NCBI GenBank assembly: GCA_017654855.1
Contig: CM030332.1
Coordinates: 5,952,001-6,016,000 of the forward strand
DNA: 64,000 nucleotides
Source of the DNA: Podospora anserina
Lineage: Eukaryota
Direction: 5' to 3'
Below the pieces are notes generated by a model, which was not told the DNA's origin, ran no database searches, and saw nothing but the letters and a program-made list of their open reading frames with translations. The translations under genes were made by a program, and so were the position numbers. Positions 50,916 to 64,000 of the stretch are shown here, piece after piece. Position 1 is the first letter of the stretch; each line of letters starts with the position of its first letter.

Positions 50916-53792
50916 GCCTCACTCGGTTGGGCGGGCTGTCAGAAGAAAGATCCGTGACTGTGTGGCCGTATTCCCGCTCCGCTGCTGTGTGTTGTCCATG
51001 ATTGCTCGGGCGCATCGAGTCATCCCCGCCGTCGGATCTGGTACCGCGGATCAACAAATCGCTCGTAGAACCGAGCCGTCCGAAGCCTTGCACGTCTGGT
51101 CCAGTCGGGACTTTGTTAGGCACCAAGTTAGGCTCACTGTGCCGACTGGAATTGAGCGAATTTCCTGTTTCCCACGAGTTTGCCGCGCTCGAGTTACCAT
51201 GTCGAGACTCCTCCTTTCCGTCTCTGTAGTCCGTGCGACCAACCACCTGTTGTTTGGCTATCAGGCCACTGGGCAAGTGCGGCGGACTGTGCAAGGTGTG
51301 TTGGCTACTGGTTTGCCGGGAGCCATTGGGGGGATTGGCAGGTTTCGGGAGGTATCCTGCGGTCTCCGAGCAGTGCTGCGCGTTATTGGAAGGCAAGTTG
51401 AGGCTGGGTGGATTTACCCTCGATAGTTTTGGACTCGGTCCTACAGTCGAATTCTGTGGTGAAGCAGAGGCTGCCGGGGCGTTGCTAGGCAGCGAGGCCC
51501 TACGTTCGCTGTGTTGGCTGGCACCACGTCGTTTCTTGCGGTCTAGATTAGGTCTGGGTCGGAGCTGTTCTGTTGTTGTTTCGCCCGGGCGAAATGCCTG
51601 TCTGTTCCTGTGGTGGTTTACCGCCGTGAACTGTGTACCAGACCCGCCCTGAGAAGCCATTGGCCCGCTGTTGACGACTATCGGGGACAGGGGCTGTGGT
51701 GACAAAATCGGGGTCCCGAGTGCGTTGTTGGGCTGGGCAGGAGCCTCCAAATGATCTGACGCACCATCCGGCCCTAAAATGTGCTGCAGGCTAGCCGCCT
51801 GGCTGGGCTTGCGCACAACGGAAGTCGCTAGTTTAAGTGTGCCCAACAGATTCTTGCTCTTGGCATGATCATTCTCGGTATGTGCTTGGGTCACCGAGCT
51901 GTGTCGTACGCTCCGGGAATTGATCGCTGTGAAACCAGTACTCCGCGAGGGGGTCTGTAGGTTGCTAAGGGCTTGAGCAGCAATGGTCTGCGCGCTGGGG
52001 TGCAATGGTTGCTTGTCGGCCTCTGTTATATCATGGTTCGAAACACTACTTCGGCAGCTGTCAGCAGTCGTTATGCCAGCCAAGCTGAGATTATCTTGTT
52101 CCCACGGACGAACCACAGCAGGGCGCTGCTGTTGGTCAGTAACGCAGTAGCCCGTGTAAAGCCCGGCCGGGGTTGGGTTGTGAATGCCAGAGCCCGGTTT
52201 CCGCTGCGTAGCTGCGGTCGTGCTCAGTGGGCTGGTGATAGGGACCCCGTGCTTATCAAGCTGAGGTAAGCCATTCTTGGCCCTCTCGGCCTTGTTGAGC
52301 TGATTGGCGTTGAAAGGCTTGTAACCATTCTTGAAGGCTTTGATGACCATCTTGTTGTTTATAGCCATCAAATACTTGTTACACCCTTCCACAATCCAGC
52401 CGAGTCTTCTAATAGCTTGGGTGTGCTCCTTCGACAGGCGTCCATGCTGAGCACTGGCCAGGTGCTTGGCAGCTCCTCGAAGTGGATGCTCCCCAAAGTT
52501 GACACCATGCTCGTCGCAGCGAAGGATATAGTAATCTCTCCACCGTCGGGGAACTGAATAATGATGTGCTTGTACTTCGGGTTCCCCCCCCCCAGACCTC
52601 ATTGAAGTGAACAGTTCTCTGTGGACGAACATCTTCATTGCCTGTGGGCGTTGACCGGTCGAGGTCCGCACTATGAGAGGGATGATCTTGCTTTACCCTT
52701 TTAACAGTGGGAGTGGCCGAATTCGTGAGCCTGGCTTTCCGTTTACGCTGTTTCACGGGGTTAGTACTATCAAAGACCAAAGTTAGGTTTCCATAAGACG
52801 TACCGTTCCATCCACATAACCAAGATGATAGAATTGAGGCCCAAGAATTGGAGGCAAAACTTGGTGTTCAGTCGCTGAACCGTTCACAGCCCCATCACCC
52901 TTGAGGTAAGAAGGATGGAGCGGTGGGATTCTATCCTGGGATGCAGAAGCATAATTTTGATATCTTAGCCACCCGTTAGTGGTTAGTGCCCCCGACAAGG
53001 TATGGCGGTCGTTTCTGGTGAGTTGTGGCTGTGGAGGAGGCATTTGGGCCATGGGATGCTGGTTCGCAACGTGCCATGAAGACGGGACCGATGCAGAGTG
53101 GGCATACATGGATTGCCCCGAAGTTTCTCGCGACCCGTTCGCATATGGAGGCTCCAAAGAGGAGCGCATGGTAGAAGGATAGTGTGATGCAATGGTCAGA
53201 GGCCCGTGCCTGACAGGTTCTGAAGAGCCACCGAAGCCTCGATCATAGCCAGAGACTCTTGGAGCCATCAGCGGCCCCTGGAATTTGTTGGGCGGGGCGG
53301 CTGAAGATGGCATTATGACTGGCTGAACCCTTTCAGCCGCGGACATCTGGATATATCTGGTTAGCAAGTAATCATCAACTCCATGGTGTTTCCAGCAAAC
53401 GCTCACCTGACGAAGGTTTGAGGTTGAGGGAAGTACATCAATATTTAGTACGGTCTGCCACTTGCTGGCCTCCAGATCCTTATAGCGCTTTCTGAGGGCT
53501 GCAATATCCTCATAATACTGACGATCCAGCTCTTCGCTCTTGTATGTGGTCACCTCTTCCAACAGCCTCTCTACGCCAGCGTGAAGCTCAGGATGACCCT
53601 CCAAGGCGATATATCAAGTCTGAGGCGTAATTGCTGTTCGTTGTCCTCGCCAAGCTGCCTCAGCTCCAATATTTCCGCATATTGTTTCATCAGGGGATTC
53701 GTATTCACGTGGGGGATATTCATCTCGGGAAGTGAGGCCGGTTGACCGACCATCAGGCTGCCTGGAAGTCGCTGATGGGTTAATAAAGACAA
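50860..53792 (-). pseudogene. Large low-complexity hypothetical gene with a Cys/His domain, frameshifted as assembled
   Basis: YYILRCDEHGVNFGEHPLRGAAKHLASAQHG..GCN domain; colinear ORFs 53571-53792, 52783-53604, 52409-52780 and 50860-52671. Confidence 0.55.
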
Positions 53793-53966
53793 ATAAGATC
53801 ATCAGACGTAAGACGAGATACTTACATCTAATATGCTAACAGAATAGAAAGAACTAAACGCAATGCCTACGATCAGCAGTGAGGTTATAATAGTGGTCGA
53901 TAGTTGACGAATACCAACGGTAGGGATGGTATGGGGAATAGGGCGTGTATATGTGTGTGTCCGTGC

Positions 53967-53970
<4 letters not shown>

Positions 53971-54026
<56 letters not shown>
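53971..54026. repeat. (GT)28 microsatellite
   Basis: Pure GT run. Confidence 0.98.
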
Positions 54027-54028
<2 letters not shown>

Positions 54029-57000
54029 GGAGCGAGATGACTTGCGCCAAAAGTAACCAAAGCATTCACCATCAAGGGCCATGTCTCTGTCTCCGGTACT
54101 GATCTTATGTTTCCCTGTGCAGGGCCCGTCGCTTCTCGATCGCTTGAGAGTGTGGCCTATCGATTCTCCGCTGCTGCACTCGGGTGTGCCTTTGTGCCTA
54201 CTGTCCTGCCAATAAAGATCAGGTTCGGATTCTGATCTCCACTCCCTACGCCGCTCGTATATAGGGGACATTATACGGTGCCATACTCGCGGGTCCGGTT
54301 CGCATGTGGTGGGAGAAACTGTCTGAGAGAAGGTCCGCTTTCAATGGACAGAAAAAAGTGGCGGGAAGCTGACTTTCCGCCTAGGCCCACTTTGGCGCCG
54401 CAAGCGTTCGTTGATCCTTTTCTCGCACGGTGTTTCATTTTCTTGGCCAGGTCAGTGGGAACAGTGTGCTTGCCCTGGCCTCCCTGACACCGAGATCAGG
54501 GATTTTGTTGCCTTTGTTGCCTTTGGCCCCGACAACCCTCGGTGGAGCAGCCCTGCATCCTGAAGACAATGAGAGTATGGACCAGCATGTTCGAGATCTC
54601 AGGCTGCCTCTGTCGAGGCCAAACTTGCTACTTGCTACCTGGGAGGGTCTGCAATGACAACCTTAGAACTCGTTCCGGCCCCAAGGGGCTCAATAGTTCA
54701 GGCCCAGTCCTGACCGATAACCTTGTTGACCTAGATTCGATGACTGCGAACTGGCTGTCCAGGCCGCCTTGCAACCTTGCAGTTTCCACTTCCTTGTCTT
54801 CTTTTCAGCTAGGGACAGTAGAGCAGGTTAAACGCTGTATTGCAGCAGTTTTCCAATCCACCTCCACTTGAGCTTCAGACCTGTCTGCTCCAAACCATCC
54901 AGGCGCTTCACTCAAGACCGCGATGTTGCCTCCCAAAATCAATCACTCAAAGGCGTTACTCCCGCCCCCGGAGCCATGCCGCCTTTCGATCCCCAGATAA
55001 CCGGACACAGCATATCAAGTCGCAATGGTGTTTTCTGGTGCACAGCTTCATAGCGAGCCAGATTCACAAAAACTGGCTTCACGAACGATAAATCTCACTC
55101 GCGACTTTGATCGAGAAGAAATAACAATACACACCGAGGCTTTCAGCCACCATAGCAACAAGTATTATAATTGCTCTGCCAAATCCCGACCGTGCTGTGC
55201 GACCGCCTTCACCGCCTTCACCTGTGACGAGGTCATGAAATTGATCCAAGAAAAATGCGACGAGCAATTTGGACCGGGTTGCTGGCTTTACACTAGGCAA
55301 GGACGCAATCCGTAGATTAAATCAATCTAACTAACAAGCAGATTCCAATGGCTGGCCCCGGTGAACCCGGTGGATGTTGAATGCCAACAAGCTAGCGACT
55401 TGCCAGGCGAAACGCCCGGCTCTCAGGGCAACAGCAATATAACAGCTCACTTGCACAAATTGAGCAAGGACCGGGCCGAGCGGAGATGGCCCGACAAGTC
55501 ACCCAGCTCTCCCCCGGATACTCCCCCGAGAGCCCTTCCGGATTTAGCTTCTTCCGACCTTTACTGGGTTATGCATCAATGGTCTACATGGGGCAAGCCA
55601 GCACGTCCCGAAGTAGCTAAGCCTTGTCCCGACAGTCTGGAACGCTACGTCAGCCCTAATGCAGCCTCGACCACTAGTCACGCGCGATCTTAGCATATGC
55701 TCCAGCTTTAAGCGGGGTGCGGCACTTGACTTGGCAGGTGATGTTCGGAGTGGGTCGCTGCGTGGGCAATGGTATATGCAATGACTGCAAATTTACTCGG
55801 AAGGCTCCTACGCTGAGTCTCCCATATTAGATTCACGTTCTGACCCATGGGCAGACAGATAGGCCTCACGTCATCTCTGAGGGCGCCTGCGAAGAGTCTC
55901 CGCACACAGAACCACCAGCCGAGAGTCTTTCCCTGGCGTCTTATCACTTTGTCCCGACTAAGCCTAATCAATGACCCTAAAGGTGGATGGGGGCTGGCCG
56001 GAGTGCTCACCTCGGCCTGGCTCACAGACTGCAGGTGGGTTCTTGAAGCCCAACCAACCCAGATTTAGATATACTACGTTAAGCCCCCGAGTCTTCAGCA
56101 CCGGATATGACAGAGATGACCATCACGACGGCATGGGGTTGCCAACATGTCTGATCCGGTATGTAAAGTCATAAGCTATTACTAAACTTACCGAGGCGAA
56201 ATTCAAGACAGAGACAACCGTCTGTCTATATTCACGTGTAATTCCACATCTGCAATAATCTAGCCCGATATCCCCCGATAGCCAGTTGTGACTTGCCAAT
56301 ACCGCCCAGGCCTACGAGGGCCACTACACACCGGCGAGGCGCCCGAATGATCGATCACTTTGCATCTCTGTAGGCTCAATCACACCGGCTGCATCTGGAG
56401 CGGCCGCTCGTTGTTTCTGTGTATCAGGTGAAGTGCTGATCATCTCAACAAGGAGGCCGCTTGAAATGCGCATGCGAAGGCGCATCGCCCCCGTCTCATC
56501 CATGTCTACCCTGCACCGTCAAAGTCCCTGTTCTCGAGCTCCACTTTAGAGCCCCCCCGTCAAAAACCAGCCGGAAACCCCCTCTCGCACCAGGCCCGAT
56601 ACGCTGGAGGGAGGGATCGAGAGAGTTTGAAGCTTTGGAAGCGCTTGGTCATGACAGCTGGCGCTCTTCGTTCTGCCTGAGCATGGTACCTTGATGCTCA
56701 CTGTTCGGCCGTGAACACTTCGGTCCCCATCTAAAAACCGAAACTAACTAGACGCATATACGGACTGGATCGCGCGTCGACATATCGTTATCTCAGCCAT
56801 ACATCTCCATCGTGGAGCGATCTCTGCGAACCAACATGGATAGTTCAACACCTTGACTGGATCGCTGAAGTTGATGGTCTACTTTCCCCTGTCCCGGAAC
56901 ACCATGCAGCTTTCAACACGGTTGCATGGGCCGCAAACATACCATTAGTCAGGGGCGTGTGGCCGCTCCTGATTGTCACCTCGCCGAGCTGTGAGCGGTC

Positions 57001-57818
57001 GCACTAAGGTGCATGGTTTGGTCCCTCGACTGGGCCGCCTCGTTGATGGCTGCAGCCTCGCAAGAAGTGGGCCTGTTGCATCGCCAATTTATGAGCACCC
57101 CTGTCCTCGAGCAACTTGTTGACTTTGCGTAATCGCGAATCTGTGAGCGCCCTTGTGGTAGGGCAAGTTCATAGACTGCTCAAGAATCTGTGCGCACCCC
57201 TGTCCACCGACTTAGCGCAACCAAGGATTTGCCCCAGACGACTGGACACAGCACAGCGAGTCGCAATGCGAATTAAGAGATGTCCGTGACAAATCTTGGG
57301 GTGGGCGGCGAGTGAAAATAGAACGACCCGGGCCCCCGACGGCTTCTATGCAATATTAACAGAATATTTACCAAGCCCGCAATCTAGGGAAGCTTCCGAG
57401 CTGCTAGTAATTTTAAATCCTCGCTCTTACCCCCTGAGTGAAAATGATGATTCCCTTGCCCCCCACGCTCCGGTGTTCCTAAGCAACTTTACCCTCTTGT
57501 GATCTGAGACTGCGATTCGTTTTTAATTCAACCATAAAAAGTTCCCTGTCTTTTGAAGTCTCGCTAAATGTCGGGTGAGCCAACTGCTTTTGATTGAGCA
57601 GGGAGCGATGCTGCTTGGGTGATCTGTCCGTCCACCCGTCCGCCCGTCCAGCCCACTAACGACATAAAGGATATAAGCCTAGGACGCGCACCATGCTGGC
57701 CCCCTGAAAAGTGCACTTTCAATTTCTGCAAGTCACCTCGGTTGCCTTATTCGTTGCCTTGGTTGTTGCCTTTTGCACCTATTGCCGTATTTATTGCCCT
57801 TCTCTCCTAGCTGCAAAG

Positions 57819-58716
57819 ATGCAGTCCCTTGTCACTGATGCCCAGCTTCATGGGGCAATCGCCGCATTTATCGTAACCTGGATCTGCCATGGTTTATATA
57901 TCGGAACTGCTTATCGGTACGACGTGCCGTTGTGGAGAACAAGAAAGCATATCTGGCTCGCTACACTAAGCGTCTTCTTAGGCGCAGGGCTTGTGCTCGC
58001 TGTTATTTTTGCCTTTGCCAAACATGGCCCCCTTTCCCATAACCTTGAACGCGGTTTACTCTTAGGCTGGAAAATTGCAATCTTTCTACCCAACCTCATT
58101 GTCCAGGTACTCCTCCGCCTTCCGATTTGTTGAACCTCCGTTAACCTTTACTTAGTTGATAATAGGGTCGAGAGTTACCAGTCTAGTTTTTAAAGCTCGT
58201 TCCTTCGAAGATAAACTAAACGGCAATATTATCCTTGGTCTGATCATGACGGCTGAAGCTGTTCTGTTGGGTCTCGGGAGCTGGAAGATTCTTGAGGGAA
58301 TGACAATTGAGTTCGCCTGGCTCGCGGCTCTTCCCTTCTATCTCTGCCACTTCCTCTCCGCCACTATAACGTTGCGGGGCATAGCACGGGCTGCGATGAC
58401 TCCAAGGTGTTATTCATGGATAGGAGTGCAGGCGGCCGCGATTTTGCTTACCGTTGTCATTCCATTTGTGGTTCCGGTAGAGTATCAACATTTGTCTCAC
58501 TGCTTCACCTGCATAATTGTAGCTGGTGAACTTGGTGGCTGGAAGGTATACCAGGAACACAAAGGGCAGATGACGGGGGTAACGCTACTTCCACGTGATC
58601 CACCAAAAACCCCCCGAAGTTCATGTCAAGTCGGCTCCACCCTCGCGCCTATCACCCCTCCAAGTGACAGCAACAACTACGTCCCTCAACAAGCTGAAGG
58701 CCCAACCAGTGTGTGA
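57819..58716 (+). CDS. Orphan multi-pass membrane protein with about 7 hydrophobic segments, 2 exons
   Basis: Exons 57819-58106 and 58156-58716 join in frame; seven ~20-aa hydrophobic stretches then a P/S-rich tail. Confidence 0.7.
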
Positions 58717-60228
58717 CTGGACCCATGATGAGATCTTGAAATAGGTCAGGAAGTATACTGGGCAGGGTAGGTTCTGCTTTTTCCTCTCCCAAACAATGCC
58801 ATTCTGTACTGACTTATTCTGGTTAGGAGAGCTGCGTATCGATACGGACGAACGTAACTACGTTGCTGCGGTTGTCGATATCGATGGGCCGGATGGTATT
58901 GTGGTTGAGGACGGCACTGTCCTTGTGAGAGTTTGGAGTAAAACACAATCTGGAAAATATCTTTATCTTACTTCCAAGGTTTTTATTATAGGCGATTTCC
59001 TAAGTGTCCGCTGGGTTTGTAAAGTCATAAAGCTGGATAATATATGACTAGTAACAGTAAATAGGGCCACCTTGGCCGGGCGTTAAGTCAAGGCATTTTT
59101 CTTGGGGGAATATGCTTTAATCTAGCTTCCGCGATATATCGACGGTCTGCCTCAAAACTACCCAGCTCTTCTCTAGCTTGTCCACTTCGTTTTAACCCCA
59201 GAACGCACCAGCATAGTTGGGTGAAAAGGCTGTGTAGGTAATGACCTCCACAGTATAAATCTTTCTTACCTGTTAAACGGTATGGGACGCTAAGGCGAGT
59301 CAGCTCGACGATCGTAGGAGAGTACTTGCAAGTCCCAAGAATTTGATCTGCACTTACAGGCATCACAGCTGCATATTTCGATTTCTTATCCGGATACCAT
59401 CTTTTCATACCGCGGTTTGTTGCCCGCCTTGGTCAAGATGATGGCAGTGGCGCTGTCATCGAACTGGGGACGTCCAGCTCGACCTAACATCTACATAACC
59501 TCAAGGTCGGAGTACTCCTGGAGCTTATCATCTAACAAAGCCAGTCTCCGATTTTGGTGATCATGAGCCCACTGTGTATATATTGGTCTGGATTTCTGAT
59601 ATTTCTGCCAGCGTAGATATCGTACAGGTTGAATTTAGGCGACTTGAGAACGTCCATTGCTTGCGAGTAGTCTGGCTTGAACCAAGCCTTGAGCTTGTTG
59701 CAGATGATCTTGATGCTGGTGGTACGGAACATCTCTCTATCGTCATCAATGAGGATATGGCGAACCACGCCATGGCAGGACCTCTCAAGCAGTGCGGGGT
59801 ATACCGTTCAGGTTGGGTGAAGACCTTACGAGACGGTGCGCATGCGGTTTCTCCTACTGCAGAAATCCCTGCCACTAAGCCCCTGCCAACCCCCCCCCAA
59901 CCCCCACTGATATCAGATATCACAAAGATCGGCAGCGGCATGGCACATTCCAGGTTTCCTTCGTCATTTTCACAAACATGCATAAGTTCCCTCTCTTCAC
60001 TAGTGCGAGACATGCGAGACACAAGAGGGTGGAGTGTGTGCCTGTATTTGGATCTCTTGACCTGCTGAGTCGTCCTTCCTCGAAGGTCTCCATTCCAGTC
60101 TAACCCTTGCCATTGGGGCTCTCTTGGTCAAGATTCTACTGGTAAGACTCTTCCTACCCATTTCAGAGTTTCAATTGACAATCACTTATTTAACAAGAAC
60201 CCCAGAATACATCCCATAAGACAACTCG

Positions 60229-60546
60229 ATGGCATTCCTTTACGACCTTGACCAGAACAACTCGAGGGTGCCCTCCCCCGATCGTGGCCACGGCGGTGCC
60301 GCATACACGCCGGATCTGACCGATGAAGTGGCTTTTAATGCCACAATCGACGACCTCAAATATGTTATACACCGGATTGACCTCTGCGAACTTGAAGAAT
60401 GCAATGACGGTCACGATACACCTCACCCTAGTGTTGAGCAACTCGAATTATTTCGCCGGGCTCTCGCAGAGCATGGCGCGAGCGAGAGCCTCCTCTCTAC
60501 ATACGAGGGGGATCCATGTGGACTCGAGATTATCATGAATGAATAG
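60229..60546 (+). CDS. Small acidic hypothetical protein, paralogue of 989-1285
   Basis: ATG ORF of 105 aa; peptide similarity to ORF 989-1285. Confidence 0.6.
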   Translation: MAFLYDLDQNNSRVPSPDRGHGGAAYTPDLTDEVAFNATIDDLKYVIHRIDLCELEECNDGHDTPHPSVEQLELFRRALAEHGASESLLSTYEGDPCGLEIIMNE

Positions 60547-62258
60547 GAGAAGGGGTCTGGAAGCGGAATTCCATCTCTAATTCTTCTCATGCAGCAAAAT
60601 CTCTGGGTTCAGCTTTATATATCATCCCAACGTTTCAGATTTCATCGGCACATTTAGCTTAGGTAGTTGTGGGATAGGTACACTGGGTATAAACGAATAT
60701 TGTTTCTATCTCTATAAACATCCTCTGATTTGCGCGCTTCCCATTTCACAATGATGACTCTCGAAGCAGTCAGTTCACCTCAGGTTTCCAAGCGAACTCC
60801 ATCGACCCCTCGGCTAATAGCTTCAATATGGGAGAGAAGCAGGTGTCAGAATCAGACCTCGTCGGAGAACCACTGATGGCCATGATTATCAAGATCAACC
60901 TCCATAGACCCAGCCGCGCCCATCGACAAACTGAGCTGTCCGGGATAATCGAGCCCGTTTCCTGCCTCCCACAAATCCCTCGCTCCAGCCCCGTCACCTA
61001 GTTGTACCTCCCCTAGTCCCTGTATCAGGGGACTGAGCTGTATTTCTATGCACAGCGGTGCTTGTCGTTGGGGCATTTGGGCGGCTGTAATAGCGAGGTT
61101 GGCTTGAGCGGTCGTCAGGCGCGGTGCGGACCACACCTAGCAAACAAGCAACCTCCAACCTAGAATCTGATAAGGGACGGGAGTAAAGTGAGTGCACCAC
61201 CTAACACTGCCATGAGGCCACTTCTGGGGATTCATTATCGGTGCCGCTTCTTAGACGTTTCCTCGATGGCTCTGCCGGATATGGCTCTGCCGAATCGGTC
61301 TCAGAGTCCCAGGGCCTACATCCCGGCACAACGGGTCCGTCAACCATATAACACTTGAACATTCGGCCGGACCGAGTCGTTCTCGCTCCTCAATCAATGC
61401 TCAATCTTCCAGTGAATACCAAGCACCCGACCGAGGACTTTTCCAACTTACTATCCATACAACGGATTGGATACAATGCGACTGTCACTGCCTAACCTCG
61501 CACAACGGTGAAAAGAAACATGAAACCCACCCCCCCTACCCTACTATAGGGGTGTGCTTTCGTATTGTTATGTTAGCGCTATTACTTGAAAGGGGGTCTT
61601 AGGTTGCGGAATTACTTAGGGGTTATCTATCTCTCATTTCTATTTTTGCGGACGGTTATGGTGGTATTACCATTATCTTTAAAGACTGTAATGTATCAAT
61701 ATTTCCTTCAAAGCTATTCTCCTATTTTTTATTTATGTATTTAATCCCAACCTGTATACCTAGCAAATTATCCGGAAGTTCAGTTTCCCTCTTCTATCTT
61801 CAATATCCCCTCGCCGTAGACAACGATTGCTCCAGAAGACATCGGTATGTAGATAACTACATAGCGCAGCTTGCTTCAGAGCGTCGTCTTTATTGTTAAC
61901 CTTAATATAGGCTTAGGGTCCCCATGGGTGTGCCTTAGCCGCTCCTGGTTCCTTGGACCACGGTCTTGACCACTTCCGTCCCTTGCATTTTATATATTTG
62001 GAAGTAGTATTTGTGAAGCTCCCGACTTAAGGTAGGAGAGTTAGGAGAAAGATATTATCGACAATAATTAGAAATTCTTTAACTCGCTTAGATTCTCAAT
62101 TCCAAGTTCAAACTGCCGAACTGTGCATTCTATTTTTTAAAGGGATATGGCAGCATAAGCTCAGAGTCTTATTATGCGCCAACTTATCCCGCCCACCATG
62201 ATAGATCAGCTGCGGCCTAGCGTGACGTGCCCTTCCTCCACCCCCGGGTGCCCCTGAC

Positions 62259-64000
62259 TTAGGCTGACACGTCAATAAGATCACCAGTGTCCCCCCCGAT
62301 CTTCTCACCAATGTGCATCTTCCACAACTTGGCATACTCGCCATCCTTTGCTATAAGCTTATCGTGAGTACCGCTTTCTATGATTTTACCGTTTGTGCCG
62401 AATACGAAGATCAGATCGGCGTGCCTGACGGAGGATAACCGATGCCTGAGACACCAGATAGGGATAATTAGTTGAAGTATATCGAAGTTAGTTGGGGAAG
62501 GAGACTTACGTAATAAGTATTACCGTCTTATCGGCAAGCCCTTCCTCGATACTCTGCTTGATACCCGCCTCGGTCTCAGCGTCCAAGGTACTAGTCCCTT
62601 CGTTAATAAGCTTGACCTTAGTAGTCTTGTTGAGAAATAGGCGAGAGAGTAGGATACGCTGCCGCTCGCTACCAGAGAAGTTTCTACATCAGACTAGTGG
62701 TTAGTAGCCGAAAGTGGCGTTTAAGCCTGTGTTTCGCAGCAATAAAGGTAACCTACTGTCCGTCCTCCCCCATTAACGTGTTATACCCGCCCTTACGAGA
62801 GATGATGGTCTCGTGGATGCCTGCCTTGCGGCAGGCCTCATATATCTCTTCATCTGTGGTACCTAGATTCGCGTACTTCATATTATATAAGACCGTACTG
62901 TTGAAGATGTATGGATTCTGGGACATTATCGCGATATGGTCGCGTAGTCTAAGAAGTATTTAGTTCAGGTATCTTCATTGAATAAAATGCCGGTAGACTT
63001 ACGAGTCTTTCTTGAGCGTCCTGATATCCTGGTCATCGATGAAGATGGTACCCGCGGTGGGGGTGAGGTTCCCTATCAAGAGGTTACACATCGTAGACTT
63101 CCCTGAGCCGCTCGGCCCAACAAAAGCAACTGTTGAGCCCCCTTCGATCACTATGCTCAGATTATCGATAATCAGCCGGTTCGACCCTGGATAGGAAAAA
63201 GAGACGCCCTGAAACTCTATCTTCCCTGTGTCGTACTTCAGGTTTTGATTACCCTTCTGTGTAGATGGCTCCCATTCTAGGATTCTTCTCAAACGAGCGG
63301 TGTCAAGGAGATCCTCGATCATGTCTGAAACGATAGACGTGAAGTAGTCGATAGGGCTTAAAAGGAAACCCCAAAAGCCGGTGAATGCAACCAGATCACT
63401 AATAGGGCCCTCTCCGGATTAAACCTTATATATAACAAACGTAAAGCAAGTAGTAAACCCAAGGAAGAGTATGGCGGACTGTGTGGCATTAAAACCATAG
63501 CAAATCATCTGATATCGTTGCCGTTGTGATATCCAGGACCTCACGGCTGAGCTAAAAAAACCGGTCTCGTAGTTGGCCTGGTTGTGATTGGACACAGTAC
63601 TCCATCCACGTACGCTACCCTGACGACGACGCTCCTGTTCGTCTCGGAGCGTGTTGCACTTGTCGTGTTCTGCGGCAGCCACCGTCACATATTGTTTTTC
63701 GACGATGCAATAGTAGAGTGCTGTGTGGCTATAGACGAGTACCATGTATAGCCCATACCGGTGGAACATTTGGACTATGGCGACGACGAGGGTTACTAGA
63801 TTCATCTAGAATTCGAAGATAAAGGAGTCGAGTAGCGTGTCAACACTGCCTGCGTTGTCGACAGCCTTAATTACATCTGTCGGTTGGGCTTGCGAGTGAA
63901 ACGAGAAATCTAAGCTTATAATATAGGACTGGACCTTGACTTTAAGCTTCTCGTCGCGGTGGAGACCGACATCGATCCATAGCAGTTTAACGATGAAGGA
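62259..64000 (-). pseudogene. Half-size ABC transporter (HMT1/ATM1-like), RIP-damaged, starts beyond the window
   Basis: Walker A GPSGSGKST, degenerate signature [29 protein letters not shown]; in-frame stops at 63806-63808 and 63419-63421. Confidence 0.85.

Noticed and set aside
53802-54271. His-Thr repeat proteins
   Set aside because: Translation artefact of the GT microsatellite
54500-56400. Fragmented multi-exon gene
   Set aside because: Some coding-like stretches, but no consistent gene model or domain could be supported
1-64000. Starship captain (DUF3435 tyrosine recombinase) or element termini
   Set aside because: No ORF with recognisable captain motifs and no defensible boundary in this window

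Overview
Filamentous ascomycete DNA, probably Sordariomycete/Hypocreales (inferred from GT-AG introns with CTAAC/CTAAT branch sites, fungal gene families and RIP-type mutations). The window looks like an accessory, mobile-element-rich region, most plausibly the interior of a Starship-type giant element or its degraded remains. It holds an intact 3-exon DUF3723-like gene with a long coiled-coil tail, but I see no DUF3435 captain. Other genes encode nuclear or chromatin-type proteins (two chromodomain proteins, a MADS-like protein, a C2H2 protein, a Ulp1-like protease domain, a pseudokinase), a PD-(D/E)XK-like nuclease next to a kinase, and an orphan 7-TM protein. Host-type blocks include a STE23/insulysin gene, a CFEM-PTH11 receptor with a truncated MFS transporter, a GT2 fragment and a RIP-damaged half ABC transporter. 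Two truncated pogo/Fot1 transposons are present. The most striking structure is a patchwork of 40-900 bp segments copied elsewhere in the same window. It includes repeated micro-inversions, an empty-versus-filled site pair for a 5.3 kb STE23 block, a 7-TM/transposase fusion ORF and a family of ~28-bp arrays. All family assignments come from motif recognition by eye; no searches were run.
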